Assembly (NCBI RefSeq): GCF_000315625.1
Contig: NW_005434519.1
Location: 1-53,635 of the forward strand
Reading direction: 5' to 3'
Length of the DNA: 53,635 nucleotides
Source of the DNA: Guillardia theta CCMP2712
Lineage: Eukaryota; Protista; Cryptophyta
Every line of letters starts with the position of its first letter. The stretch's first letter is position 1. Under the pieces are notes generated by a model that did not search any database, was not told the DNA's origin, and worked only from the letters and a program-made list of their open reading frames with translations. Positions 37,042 through 49,546 of the stretch are shown here, one piece after another. The translations under genes and the position numbers were made by a program.

Positions 37042-38279
37042 GGCTGAAGTGACAGATAGGATATCCGAGTGCAATGTGACAGGTAGATGAAGATAGAGAG
37101 ATCAAGTTATGCCCTCGGAGAGCGAAAGTATCTTGTTGAAGCTTTCTTGAAGCACTCTTTCACGCGACGTTTTGGTTTACGAACCCAAGGCAGAAACGCG
37201 GTGTGCGTGAGTCTGACAAAGATCGAGATCTCCAAGAGAGGCTCTCGGTTTGATAACGGAGCTTTCGCGCGGCGAGATGCAAAGCGAGTAGAGCCAGTGA
37301 GACAGGAGCTGGCAAGGAGAGCTGACGATGGAGCAGGGAGACCAACGCTGTCTACAGAAGACAGCAGCGGCACTTTATCAGGAGTGATTCAGTGCATGGG
37401 TGGGGTGGGGGGTTTGAGGGGGAATTGGGTTGTAGGGTCCTTGCAAAATACTGGAAGTTGGGTGTATGGAAGGTTCTGAGGGGGGGTGAGGGTACTGTTC
37501 GCGAACTGGTGGGGTATATTTTTGCTAGGCAATCAGGGGTAGGTGGTAGGTATCCACTAATGCGATCGCCAGGTTATTCGTGTAGTAAAACCACATGTGA
37601 ACAATTTTAATAACATTTATTGAATTCACAGGTGTATTTACTACACTGGTGTAGGGATTGCTGACATGGAAAAGATCCTTTCGGAGCTTCGAAGGCCATC
37701 GAAGACAAGCGATAAGAAGGTCGGTTGGTGAGGTTGATGAATCCGGTCATATCCAGTACCAAGAGCGTTGAAGAAGGGGTACATTCCCCCTGCCCCTACC
37801 CCTACTGATTTATGAGCGAATGAGAGGATGAACGTGGGTAGGGGTACTTATAACAGTAATAGATTAGAAAGACGTTTTTTAAATTTCGGTGAATGTTTCC
37901 GGAGTGTTATCATAGCCCCTAGAGACCCCCAAAAATGTAGTCGGAAGTACCGGTCGGCGTTTCGGCAAACGGAAATCTTTGTCACGGGTACATCAATGAA
38001 GCGAACTATGTTGTATGTCAGCACACACCTGAATGCGAGACCGTGACTCCTTTCGGGGGCCAATAATCTGCTCCTTGTAAGGCTGGGAGATTGTGAGATG
38101 CGAAATAGTGTCCTATCATTAGGAACGAAGGTGTTGAACATGTGGTGATCGTGTGTGATCACTGCTGTAAATAATGAAATCATGTAATTTGGCACTTTTG
38201 TGGATGCAGTGAAACGGCGCAAGTACTTTTGCTGACACAAGGGGTAAGCAAGTCACATGAATTCACTGCATTTGTACCT

Positions 38280-38820
38280 GGCCGCGGCTCCTATCGGGGC
38301 CCCATGCCAGTCATCGCAGCGGGGCAGCCCTGTCGACGCGTGATCGCCGGGTTGCTCCGACGGTCATTGTCACGCGTCCACCTGCAATCCAATCCGCCCC
38401 TCAGTCAGGGCCCGGGCGTCAGCCACGCCAGCCTCAGCAGGCACGGCTCAGCAGGCACGGCCCTAGTAATGATAATTATTATTAACAGCCGCCGCTCACC
38501 TCGATCCGTGTCAGCCTGTGACACCGCAGCAGCCCGGGCCCTGTACTACCGGCCGATGGTCACGCGGCTGACAGTACGGTGCCGGCGACTGAGGGGCCCG
38601 GCCGCTTCAGTGCGGCGGCGGGCGGCGGCCGCCCGGCGGCCGGCCCGGCCTGACGGTCCAACTCACAACGGCGCGTGGCAAGCGGCGCCGTGCCACGGTG
38701 CCACGGTCACCGGGTGCACCGTGCACCGGGCCCGCGGCAGTGCGCTTAAGTTCGCCGGGACTCTTGAGAGTCGATGGGAAACTTGAAAGGGAATTCGAGT
38801 CGAAGCTGAAGTTCGGAACT
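38280..38820. promoter_or_regulatory. GC/CpG-rich intergenic island
   Basis: Same composition and motif style as the other islands. Confidence 0.45.
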
Positions 38821-38826
38821 GTTTAA

Positions 38827-41420
38827 CTAACTGAAAGTTGAACGAAAACACCCAGAAAGTCTATCAGCAGAGAAGAACTCAATTGTCGGCCTGAACTTCC
38901 ATGGCCAAGGGTGAGTCGCAAACATCTCAAAGATAAGAACTTTCAGGTCCTCCGCTTGACCATGATGGGCTTGCAGAAAGACCCCCTCATCGCTGATCGA
39001 CACAAGGCTCGCTTGGTAAGGTTCTGTAAACGACTCGCAGGCATTCACAATCGCAACTCCAAGAACTTTCAGCATCTCATTCGAAGCTATTTGAAGTACC
39101 TGTTGGAAACGGTCAGACACAAGGCTGGCACAGACCCGCTTTTGTTTTCCTGCTTGCATTTGGATGGAGCATGGTGCTTTTGCTTCTTGGTATCGACGAA
39201 CTTGAAGTATCTACCGTTCCAGCTTCGAAACCCCTCTTCCATGATACACCGCAGGCCCTTTAGCTGCAGGTCCGACCGTGCCGCATGCAACAAGCCCGAC
39301 AGCAAGCGATGTCATGAACGAGCTCACCAGAATGTGCAAACCAACCTTGTTGACCAGAGACGGGAATACAGATGAGAACGAACTCAACACCGATTCAAAC
39401 ATTGCTAAAGGGACCATCAGGTTCTGCGCAATGATGTCCAGACTGTTTCCTCTCTTCAAGCCATCGACGATGATCTCGACCTGCTTTGAGATCGGTATCT
39501 CGCCGCTGCAGTTGGGGAATCCAGACATGCTGATCCATTTTTTTGCAACAGCATCCCATACAGCCTCTCCCACCAGGCACTCCGCAAAGATGGCGTCTTC
39601 AGAGACCAGGGCTATAGCCCATTCCATCAGATGACTGCAAACAAAGCAAGTGTGAGATGGATGGAGTTCTCTGGCTACTTCTTACGGTATAGTACAGCGG
39701 ATCAAGACCATGTCCTGATCAGCGATGAAGACATCATGGAAATCAATAGAGATTTGTCGCGAACCTCCTTCAACGAGGAAGGATCGTATTGGAGGGATCA
39801 CATGGAGTTGTGGTCGACATGTAGATAGAGTGCTCTTTGCGAACTCATTAATCTTGATATTAAGATGCACCTGCCATATATTCAGTGTCTTCCAGCAAAG
39901 GACATTGCACAAAGGAGACCCTGTAATCGCGCAAATCCTCTGTGTTACCGACTTCTTTGGTCCTACATTTCATCGCATTCTTCCAAATGGGATCTACAAA
40001 TGTGTAGAGACTAGTCTGTACTTCTCGCAACTCAGCATGCATACGTTTCATCGAATCTGCATCCAACAACCCGATCGATTGGCCAGGATGTTGTGCATTT
40101 CCTCCTTCAGCACGTACATGAGCATAATCTCTCTGCATCTCTGATCTCCAACTTAGCTCTTCATTCAACTCATTCTGTCTGGATCGCAGCAAAGTTGTGA
40201 TATTCCGCAACGCCCTGAAGTCGATGCGAAGCCCCACATACTCCGCATGTGCAAGTGCATGGACGAGAACGGTATCTAACTCCAGCATGCACTTCCTAGA
40301 TTTATCATCCAGAACAGATTGACAATCACCACCTCCAAACAATGAGAGGTAAAGCCAGTGAATTTTCAGAGCGTTTGCACATGCACACAAAGTTTTTGAT
40401 GGAATCTTAGCTGCTTTCAGGTCCTTGAGTTCTGGCACAAGTTTGTCAAGACAAATATCGAGTTCGCTGCTCAGTCTCTGATACATCCTCTGCTTTGACA
40501 TATCATGAAAGTTCGCCTGTACAGCACCAGCCACAAGGACAGATAAGTCCAACATTCTGCATGGCGGACCACATTCCACATTCAAATCAAGTAGAATCGG
40601 AAAGATTGTGGTTCCAGAGAAAGTAACTTTCTGGCAGTCGACCGTGAAGATCTTGGAGAGACACTCTTTGAAATTACCTACATTGTTTGCTGGAAGATAC
40701 CAAATGGTATCCATAGTACTTGAAAGAGCAAAACCGTCAATCTTAGGTAGATTTCTATCGTTTTCATGTAGGTTATTCGATTCTTCTACATCTTCTTCGA
40801 TGTCTGTATTCAAGCCATTGATATCAAGATACCAAAAAAAAAGATCTTGTTTCTCAGCATAGGCTATCATCCGTGCTGCACCTCTTTCGCTCCGTACGAC
40901 TGTAGAAAGTGAGTGAGCAACGTTCCACATGCAAGAATAGCAGCAACTCACCCTTGCAGATGGAGGTCTTGTTTCGCAACTTGACCTGCATCACTTCAAC
41001 ATCCAAGGAGGAGGCAGCAAGCTTTTGTCTCTTGACTAATTGATCATTCCCCTTCCTGTTTGATCGCGCCACCTCTTGAAAGTCTTCGCTTTCTGGGCTT
41101 GGGGGGCACTTGGAAGCTCGACTACAACGATTGGCTGCTGTTTCCAGACTGCTAGCCCCGGTATCCATCTGCGCATCAAGAAAGGATCATGGCGTCTCTG
41201 TCCTCAATCTCAGTTCCTTTCTTCATGTCTTATGTCTGTTAGTCTTCATGTCTTTTCACATGTGCTTTCGTTCTTCATGTCTTACGTCTGTAGGTCTTCA
41301 TGTCTTTTCACACGTGCTTTCTTTCTTCATGTCTTATGCCTGTAGGTCTTCATGTATTTTCACACGTGTTTCCACTCTCATTGTTGCGCATTGTACCAAA
41401 TCGTCGATCTCCCGCGCCAT
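38827..41420 (-). CDS. Highly divergent family-A (Pol theta/nu-like) DNA polymerase homolog, probably catalytically inactive
   Basis: Colinear degenerate PolA blocks: LVHALAHAEYVGLRIDFRAL, STLSTCRPQLHVIP, DVFIADQDMVLIRCTIPHLMEWAIALVSED, FSSVFPSL and ASLVSISDEGVFL. Introns include 41396-41169 and ~39685-39635. Confidence 0.65.
41221..41368. repeat. 52-bp tandem repeat, about 3 copies, intronic
   Basis: CTTCATGTCTTA... units start at 41221, 41273 and 41325. Confidence 0.9.
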
Positions 41421-41568
41421 GTTGGCAACAACGGCATTCTAGGCGGGAAATTCGCAAGGACCCACTATCGCATACGACTCCACCATATTCAACGTGGGGT
41501 AGGGTGATATAGCCCCATAGGGCTTTGTATCATAGCCCCATAGCTTCGTTACCGCGTGTCTGCCGAAG

Positions 41569-42562
41569 ATGCGCATGGACCGTCGGCACACTCTCGCTCT
41601 GCTCCTCTGCACGGCCTCGCTCCTAGTCCTCCTAGTCTCTCCTGCACTTGCGGCAAAACCTAAGAGGAAGAAGGTACACAGCTCCTGACACTCCGTTCCT
41701 CTTCTCCTGGGCCATGTTTCGATGAGGGAATCTCCACTCTGAACCATGTTCCATGTCGCTTCCCCGAGCTATGCTTTATGCCTTCCTTCTTGAGCAACTT
41801 GCCTCACTTCTCTTACTTAAGATTTGACTTGTTACAAACTCTTCCACTGCTCAGGTGTCTGTAGACGACGAGGAGGTCATCAAAGCCCGCGACTTTGCTC
41901 TGGCAGAAATTATCAAGCTTTCTGACAGCTACAGGGATATGAAGATCAATAAAGTGATCAGTGCAGAGACTGCAAGATCGGTATGGGGCGAAAAGAAACG
42001 ATTGCAGATTTTGACATGCTTCATGTTGAAGGCATTTGCTGACGGGACCAACTACTTCCTCAAGATGGAACTGGAATGCACCAGTGTATGCGCGGCGCCG
42101 CTTTCACCAGCCTCCACGTGTCGCAGGTAGAGTGAGCATAACTCTGACAACGGTCGATGGGCTTGTGAAATGTTCTCGTCGTGCAGGGGACACTACAAAG
42201 GAGTGAACGAAATCATTGTGTTTGAAAAGGATGATGGGCATTACGATGTAGGGCTTCAATTTCGAATATCTGCTATGAGCGACTGTTTCCTGACTTCCTT
42301 ACCTTTCCAATCAGGGGATCGCAATCGATGAATTTCCTCAGATGGACGGTGAATATCATCCTTGCACACCAAGCTACAAGGTGACGTTGTCATGAGCTGC
42401 TTTCTTGCTGACCATACTACAGGGCCCCGAAAAATGTAACCCGGCAGAGCATCGCACTCCGGAGCAGGTACTAAAAGCGAGATGTAGATGACGAAGCTGA
42501 CTGGAGCAAAGGCCGCACTCTTCCTGGACGACGAGGACGACAAGGCTAAGGACGAGCTGTGA
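41569..42562 (+). CDS. Secretory cystatin-fold-like protein with C-terminal KDEL, multi-exon
   Basis: Signal peptide LALLLCTASLLVLLVSPALA, core VDDEEVIKARDFALAEI...KVISAET...GTNYFLKMEL, and C-terminus DDEDDKAKDEL*. Confidence 0.7.
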
Positions 42563-42811
42563 ATGAGGTGGAAAGGACTAGCAACTTCTCAAGTGAAACT
42601 TCACACGACCACTGAAAGCTCTCACCCTCTCCTCGGCGTCCTTGAAGCGGGCATATATCTCCGCGCTTTACTAAAACCTCAACCTAGAGACCTGCAGCGC
42701 TGTCTGCATACACATTGATAGCCAAGTGAACTTCATCGTTCAATTGCTCTCGGATCTCTCTCTGTTGCTTCCAGCTGCTCCTGCACGCAACTAGATGACA
42801 CACGCTTCAAG

Positions 42812-43534
42812 TTAGTCCACTTCTATCTTCGGATAATCCTCCCGAACGACTATCACTCGCTCCAGGATCTCTTCGCCAAACCATGTTGCCTTCTTCACCG
42901 CGACCTGCACTGACGTACCAGGCTGATCTGAGCCTTTCAGCAACCTCCCAATGTTGTCTTCCGTCGCATGCTCGTCATTGACAAACAGGATCTCGTCCTT
43001 GCATGCAAGTCTCGACCCGTCCGACATGGTGACGTCGGCGGGTCCTCCAGGGATCACGAAGTAAATGAATCTTCCCAGGAGGATCAAGCCCAGTGTGGAC
43101 AAGGCAGTGGAGTCTTCTTCGAACACGATGTCGTCATGCAGCCTGTCCAAGTACTCTCTAGCATCCTTGCGGTAGTGATACTCACTGGGATTCAAGTCAG
43201 GCACCGAGCCGAAGACAGGCTGGAGGGTGTTGGGTTCGTACATCACTCCCTTGGGGTCCGAGCTCACGGTTCGCCCACCAGACGCTAGCAGCTGCGCTCC
43301 CCTCATCCTCTTCGCCTCGTTCGCACTTCGCCCATCTAGCAGCGGGATCCGCGTCTCCTGACGCTCCCCTGCCCTCTCGTACAGTGGCGTGTAGGCGGTG
43401 ACCTCCACGAAGCCGGGGCCCAGCGTCCTCGACGCGCGCGAGATGGGAGGCTGATCCAGGTCCTTCTCGCAGTTGCAGAGCTGGAACACGTGGTTCGCTT
43501 CCCTCCTCCAGCCCTCCAGCCATTCGCGCAGCAT
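42812..43534 (-). CDS. PDZ-domain protein
   Basis: LGLILLGRFIYFVIPGGPAD...DEILFVNDEHATEDNIGRLLKGSDQPGTSVQVAV is a PDZ pattern; likely ATG at 43534. Confidence 0.7.
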   Translation of the reverse strand: MLREWLEGWRREANHVFQLCNCEKDLDQPPISRASRTLGPGFVEVTAYTPLYERAGERQETRIPLLDGRSANEAKRMRGAQLLASGGRTVSSDPKGVMYEPNTLQPVFGSVPDLNPSEYHYRKDAREYLDRLHDDIVFEEDSTALSTLGLILLGRFIYFVIPGGPADVTMSDGSRLACKDEILFVNDEHATEDNIGRLLKGSDQPGTSVQVAVKKATWFGEEILERVIVVREDYPKIEVD

Positions 43535-43599
43535 GCAGGGGCAGCACGAGAGCACCAGGGAGCAGGAGGCGCCGCACGGAATCGGAAGGTAGCGGTGAA

Positions 43600-46500
43600 T
43601 TTTTAGGGCGGGAATAAAATGTATTTGGAGGGGCGAGGACGGGGGGCTGCATGGAGCCTGTGCTTGGGCGTCAGGGGCAGGATGGAGGAGAGGGGTGAGG
43701 CGAAGAAGCGAGGACAACGTGCGGGCTGACTGCATCTTGAGCTGAGGGAGGAGCGTGTCAGAGGAGAGAGCCAAGGCACCCTCGCATGGCTCGTTACCAG
43801 CATCGAACAGATCCCACATGAGCCAGCAGAGCGCTGAGAACCTGGAGGCCATGAGAAGCAGCGAGACAGCAAGGATCGAACGAACCGTGATGCCCAAGTT
43901 TCGTGATCATGCAGCGCCCATACGGTCCTTGACTTCTGGATGCTAGCGCGTAGATTCGCAAGGAGCTTGCAAAGCTGTTAAGTCATCGGGCAGGATGCAG
44001 GTAGTCTACCCGAGGAGTTGTCGCCAGCCTGTGGGCGATGTCGACGTAGTCGGCAACGTTCCTCGCCTGGAACAGACGGTGAGTCATGCGATCGACCTTG
44101 ACATCCTCTACCACAAGCTCCTCGTATGAGGACCCTCGTAGGATGCTCGCTGGCAGTCAACATGTCACTCCCTCGAAGACGACGCCATCCTCTTCACCAG
44201 CCACGCGCGATGCCATGGTGATGTTAGGGAGAGTTACCAAGGGGACTCCAGCCCACCTGCACAGCTATGAGCAGAGAAAGCGAGCGAGAGGGCATGACAA
44301 GATGTCCGCGGCAGTCCCATGAGAGTTGTACTGGAAGGTGTCGAGGCTCAGGTTGCATCTTGACTTCACCTGCTGCTAGTCAGATGGCATCGGCTGGTTG
44401 CTTGCTCTACCTGCAAGTGAACTTCAAACGATACATGTGTAGTGAATAACATGTCACGGCTGCAGTTTAAGCCAAACTCTTCAGCTTCTCTGGCGCCGTT
44501 GGTCAAGACGGTTCAGCAATGAGGAGTAGGGGTATGAGGAAGAGGAGGGAGAGAAGGAGGAGGAGGAGGAGAAAACAAACTTGCAGAGGTTCTCAATGGC
44601 AGGCGCTGGATCCTTGAGGAGCCAAAGTCTTGTCTTGTTTGCTTCACCTGCAGTACAGTGAGTGTCAACAAAATCAATACATGCCGGCAAGCTACTTCGA
44701 GTCACAGCCAGGATTTGCATCCACGTCCTCCAGTTGTGACGAGTGATCTGGTGAAAGAGATTCACCCCTGACATGTGCACTTTTGCGGGCTGCACCTTGT
44801 AGAGAGAGTTGAAGCTGCAGAGCAGGAGCCTGTCTTGATGAATAATTTCGTGGATCTTGAATCAATCAGTTATTAGGGGCTTGTAAATCGTGCAAAAGTT
44901 CAATTTTACTTGTCCTTGTCCTAGAAGCCGATCTTCTCCTGGTTGTTCTTGTTCTTCTCTCTTCGGAGCCTTGCTGCCAGAGTTGTCTAGCACGTTCTTG
45001 TGATTAATTTTATGTCCCGATATGAAGAAGCTTCCTGCTCATCATCATAAGAGATAGATGTAGCTAGGAAGTAGACCAGGGATGTAGGCAAATCTTTCTG
45101 TGTACACAGATCGAAGTTCGGGAGGAGAAGCAGTGATATCGGTGACTGTCAAGTCAGTCACAATGTTGAAGATCCTCACTGTGATAGCAAAATCTACCCA
45201 AAGTGAAGTAGTCCAGTCCTGTCGTTGACATGTAGCCCTGCCAACACATGAGACGTCTTTTCGCACATCATCGACCGTTGCTGCAACCTTGAACGCCAAG
45301 AGCAGAGGTGACGGTCGGAATGAAAACAAGCTTATCTGATTGCCTGCTCACGTTACTCGCGGCATGATGAGCAAGAGACAACCTCGCGTGTAGCCCATCA
45401 GGTCAACAAGGACATGAATTCCATCAGCTGCAATGGAGGACGACGCCTGCAAGAGGGACAAGTCAACATGCTCGATGGCGACTGGAGAGACATCGACCTC
45501 TCTGCTGCTCTGGCTCGACAGCTCTACAGTCTTGAAGCATTCACCTATGATGCTCGAAGTCCACTGCTTGTCTCTGTCTGGAGCAGAGGGACGATGCAGA
45601 GGGTTGAGAGCATACTGCAGCTAAAAGTGAGCAGTGAAAAGATAGATGAAGCAGAACCAAGTAGGTCTCGACCCTCCTGCTTCGCAGCGCCTTCAAGATC
45701 ACCTGCTCCTGTTTCAACCGTCTGCCACTCCTTGCAAGGGCAGGGTGGGAGAAGGGAAGGAAGGAGGAATGAGGTTATGCCTTGAGGTCCCTTCCCACGG
45801 GATGATCCCGGATATCAGCTGATACGAATCCAACGCGTAGGATGGTGGAAGGCGATGGAAGGAGCGACCAGTCGTTAGGAAAGGTGACGGTCAAGTTCTG
45901 ATGACGAGCATGAGCTCGATGAATTTCTTTGACTTCCATAGCATCTGATTCAAATGAGTCGCTTCATGCTGATCGTTTCAAGTCTCACCCAGCGGAAGCA
46001 ACAGAGAGTTGAAAGGTGATAGGGCAGGTTTCTCTCCATCGGCTATCTAGAGCATGGAGTCAGAATGGGGATACAAAAGTGAGCTCTGATCTCCACTTGC
46101 TCTCTGATGATGGCTCTCAGTGTGTCAAAATATTGTTCCACGACAGTCCACGAGCAAAGTTGTCCGCTGAGCATGAGCAACTGTTCGCCCTTAGATGTTG
46201 TCTTGGTGGTCAAAACGACCTACCTTGGACATCGCATCTCCATTCCTCTGACTTTGCCCCTGAATTTGTCGTTAGAATCTGAATCGCGCGAGTCCACTTC
46301 ACCATGAGGGTCAGATACGCCTGCTGTGCGCGTGCAAGAAACCTTTCATCCACGTCCATTGCGATTTTACCGAGCGCTGTATGAAAGCGCGAGGGGCAAT
46401 GAGAAGAAAAGCACAACACACGTAGAGAGGAATTATGCTGGCAGTGCTGGCAGTGCTGGCAGTGCTGGCAGAAGCTAGCAGGGTGGGCAGAGCAGAAGGC

Positions 46501-47789
46501 AGGAAAGCAAGCAGGGGCAGGCAGGAGTATAGGAAAGCAGGCAGGCAGGAAGGCAGGCAGGCAGGCGGGAAGGCAGGCAGGAAGGAAGGAGTATAGGAAA
46601 GCAGGCAGGCAGGCAGGAAGGAAGGAAGGAAGGAAGGAAAGCAGGAAGGCAGGCAGGCAGGCAGGAAGGCAGGCAAGAAGGCAGGAAGGCAGGGGGCAGC
46701 TTCGTACCGGCAGCAAGATTAGAGCGGCTCAAAGGCTTCGACGGCTCCTTCATGGCAACGAATCTTTTGTAAGGGTGAGGAGTGTGGGAGGAGCGACGGG
46801 AAGTGACCTGAAGTGATTGAGAGACTCGAGCACATGCCCTGCACTCTGAGGTCACCAGCAGCATCCAACCTCTACCTGCTCACCTGTGCCATACAGAGCT
46901 GTCGCCATTCCCTGACCTTTGACATGACCAAGGAAGCAAGACAAACCGAAATCGTCTACCTCAACACATGGCGTGCAATCTTGCGATAGACGAAACCCCG
47001 TCTTGAAGAGACGAGCAGCAACTACATTTCTCATGAGCATCTCAAGTACACCAGGACGAGAGCAAGCTCACTTCCAAGACTTCCACCATGAAGATGAGCA
47101 TGTCCGGCCTCGTACCATAGGTCTATGCTCGTGCTGTTTGACCCGCCTGCTGCCGTCCGTCAGAGGAGGAGGAGGTTCGCTCGATGGTCACTGATAGCAT
47201 TGCGATACTCCTCTGCGGCTTCCCTGGCAAGGCCAACACGTTGCAGCAGCAGAGCGCGTCTAGAGGCCAGTCAGATTCACAAGCGCGTATATGCGCAGAG
47301 CTTTCCTTGAGTGCAGCTGGAGTTTGAGGTCAGGAGACGCGACTGCTGTTGTCCTTGGGGTCAGAAGGGGCAACAAGGTCGAGGGATCTTCCTTGAGGGA
47401 GCAGCAGAGCCTCTCCATAAGCCAGCAGCGCATCTCTTATCTCCCCTTCCAACTGTGCGGGCGTCAAGTCGCTTGCTCGACAACATGCGAGAACCTCGTG
47501 CGCTTGTCCCAGGAGCCACCAGAAGTTTGACCCCATGCTCGACGAGCCTTGCCGCCTTTGAAGCAGCAGGTGAAGACATTGCTTGGCCTGTGCTAATGTC
47601 TCATACCATGCCGCGCCGAACAAGGTCCATGCTCACAGTTGCCGCGTCGCCTCGCTCTACGGCAGCTTCAGCCGTCGCTCGGACCTCTTCCGCAGCATCA
47701 GGCAGGCGGCAGCGTCTCCCACTGCTGGGATGGCCAATGGAGAGACTCGCCCAGAAGAAGGAGAGGAGGAGGAGGGGAAAGGAATTCAT
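43600..47789 (-). CDS. GT41 (O-GlcNAc transferase/SPINDLY-like) glycosyltransferase, multi-exon (3' end approximate)
   Basis: Exon motifs VLVDLMGYT, SPPELRSVYTERFAYIP, SFNSLYK, WMQIL...LWLLKDPA, LDTFQYNSHGTAADIL, WAGVPLVTLPNITMASRVA and LMWDLFDAG, plus a TPR-like N-terminal region. Confidence 0.85.
46436..46695. repeat. Compound microsatellite (GCTGGCAGT)n plus (GCAG/GAAG)n, probably intronic in the GT41 gene
   Basis: Read directly. Confidence 0.9.
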
Positions 47790-48339
47790 CGGCAAGGAAT
47801 CATCGAGGAGGAAGGAGAAGAGATATAGCGATGGAATTTCGACCAGTCAAGAACAACAATCAGACTAGGGAGAGGACGAGACATGTCGAGGAGGCAAGCT
47901 GAAGTACAGGTCAGGAAACAGGGAGCAAGCGTGCAGTTTTGAGGAAGAGAGAGTGTTTTGTTGGGGGAGGGGGAGATGTAGTAGGGGGGGGGGGGAACGA
48001 CAAGAAATGAGGGGGTTTAACTAGAGGTGTGCGGAAATGCAGGTAAACCTTGGAACGAGATCCGGGAGATATGAGAGGAGAGGACGAGAGAAAGAGAGTG
48101 GAAGCGAGGAGCGGGACGTGGAGTAAGAAGACATTGGAAGCGAATGATCTCGACGAACATGTGACGGCTCACAATGATATTGGAGCACAAACAAGAAATC
48201 GCACAAGTGGGAGACAAAAAGGGATTTATCTTGTTCATTACAACGAAGACAACAACTTCTCCTGCAAGACACCCTGCAATCATCCAAAGAATCTTTTCCA
48301 GAGAGACGGAGGAGGAGGCTGTCACTCGAAGTCACCGAC

Positions 48340-49039
48340 GACATTTGGGTCAACCGCTTGACGGATACCTTGACGCCGACGAGCTCGACAACAAAGACGA
48401 GCGTCGCGTTAGGGGGGATAACACCTCCAGCTCCTCTGCTGCCGTAGCCAAGGTGAGGCGGGATGACGAGGCGACGTTTTCCACCCTCCCTCATGGACAG
48501 CAAGCCTTCGTCCCACCTTCAATGATGATCGCAATGTCAATAGTAGCAGCAGATGAGCATATCGTCCGTACCCTTTGATCACTTTCCCTGTCCCAACAGG
48601 AAACTCCAAGGGAGTTCCTCGATCATACGAGCTGTCAAACTTTGCTCCGGTTGATTCCAGAGTACCGACATAGTGCACCTGCAGCGTGTTAGATGCATTC
48701 GAATCGATGATGCTTCAGTGCCTGTACGATGTCGCCTACTTTTGGCTGCTCGCCGCTTCCAGTTCTGATTTCCTGAGAGGATAGAGCATGTCAGATAAGT
48801 TCCCTTTGAGTTTCCTTTGGTACCTCATACTTGAGACCTGAAGGACATGTCACCAAGCTCGAGCCTCCCTGAGTATGCACAGCACGAGCAGGCATGGAGG
48901 CAGCACATGACAGCAGGAGGGCACTAGGAGGAATCAGCGTGGCTGTTCCAACCCTAGACGAAGTTGCTCTCATCGTTGTCATGTTCCTTTTCAGCATGCC
49001 GCGTGCCTGACGCAGGCCATTCCATGCTCGCCGAAGCAT
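48340..49039 (-). CDS. FKBP-type peptidyl-prolyl isomerase with N-terminal organellar targeting-like extension (3' end approximate)
   Basis: SGLKYE / [35 protein letters not shown] / [46 protein letters not shown], with an Arg-rich N-terminus. Confidence 0.93.
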
Positions 49040-49099
49040 CGCAGGGCGGAAGAGCGGAAGATAACACCTGGACATCAAGATAGTCTGGACATCAGAATA

Positions 49100-49546
<447 letters not shown>

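Noticed and set aside
41221-41368. CRISPR-like array
   Set aside because: Tandem units with no unique spacers, eukaryotic context and no cas genes.
46210-46864. LPAC/LPSF repeat ORFs
   Set aside because: Translations of a microsatellite.
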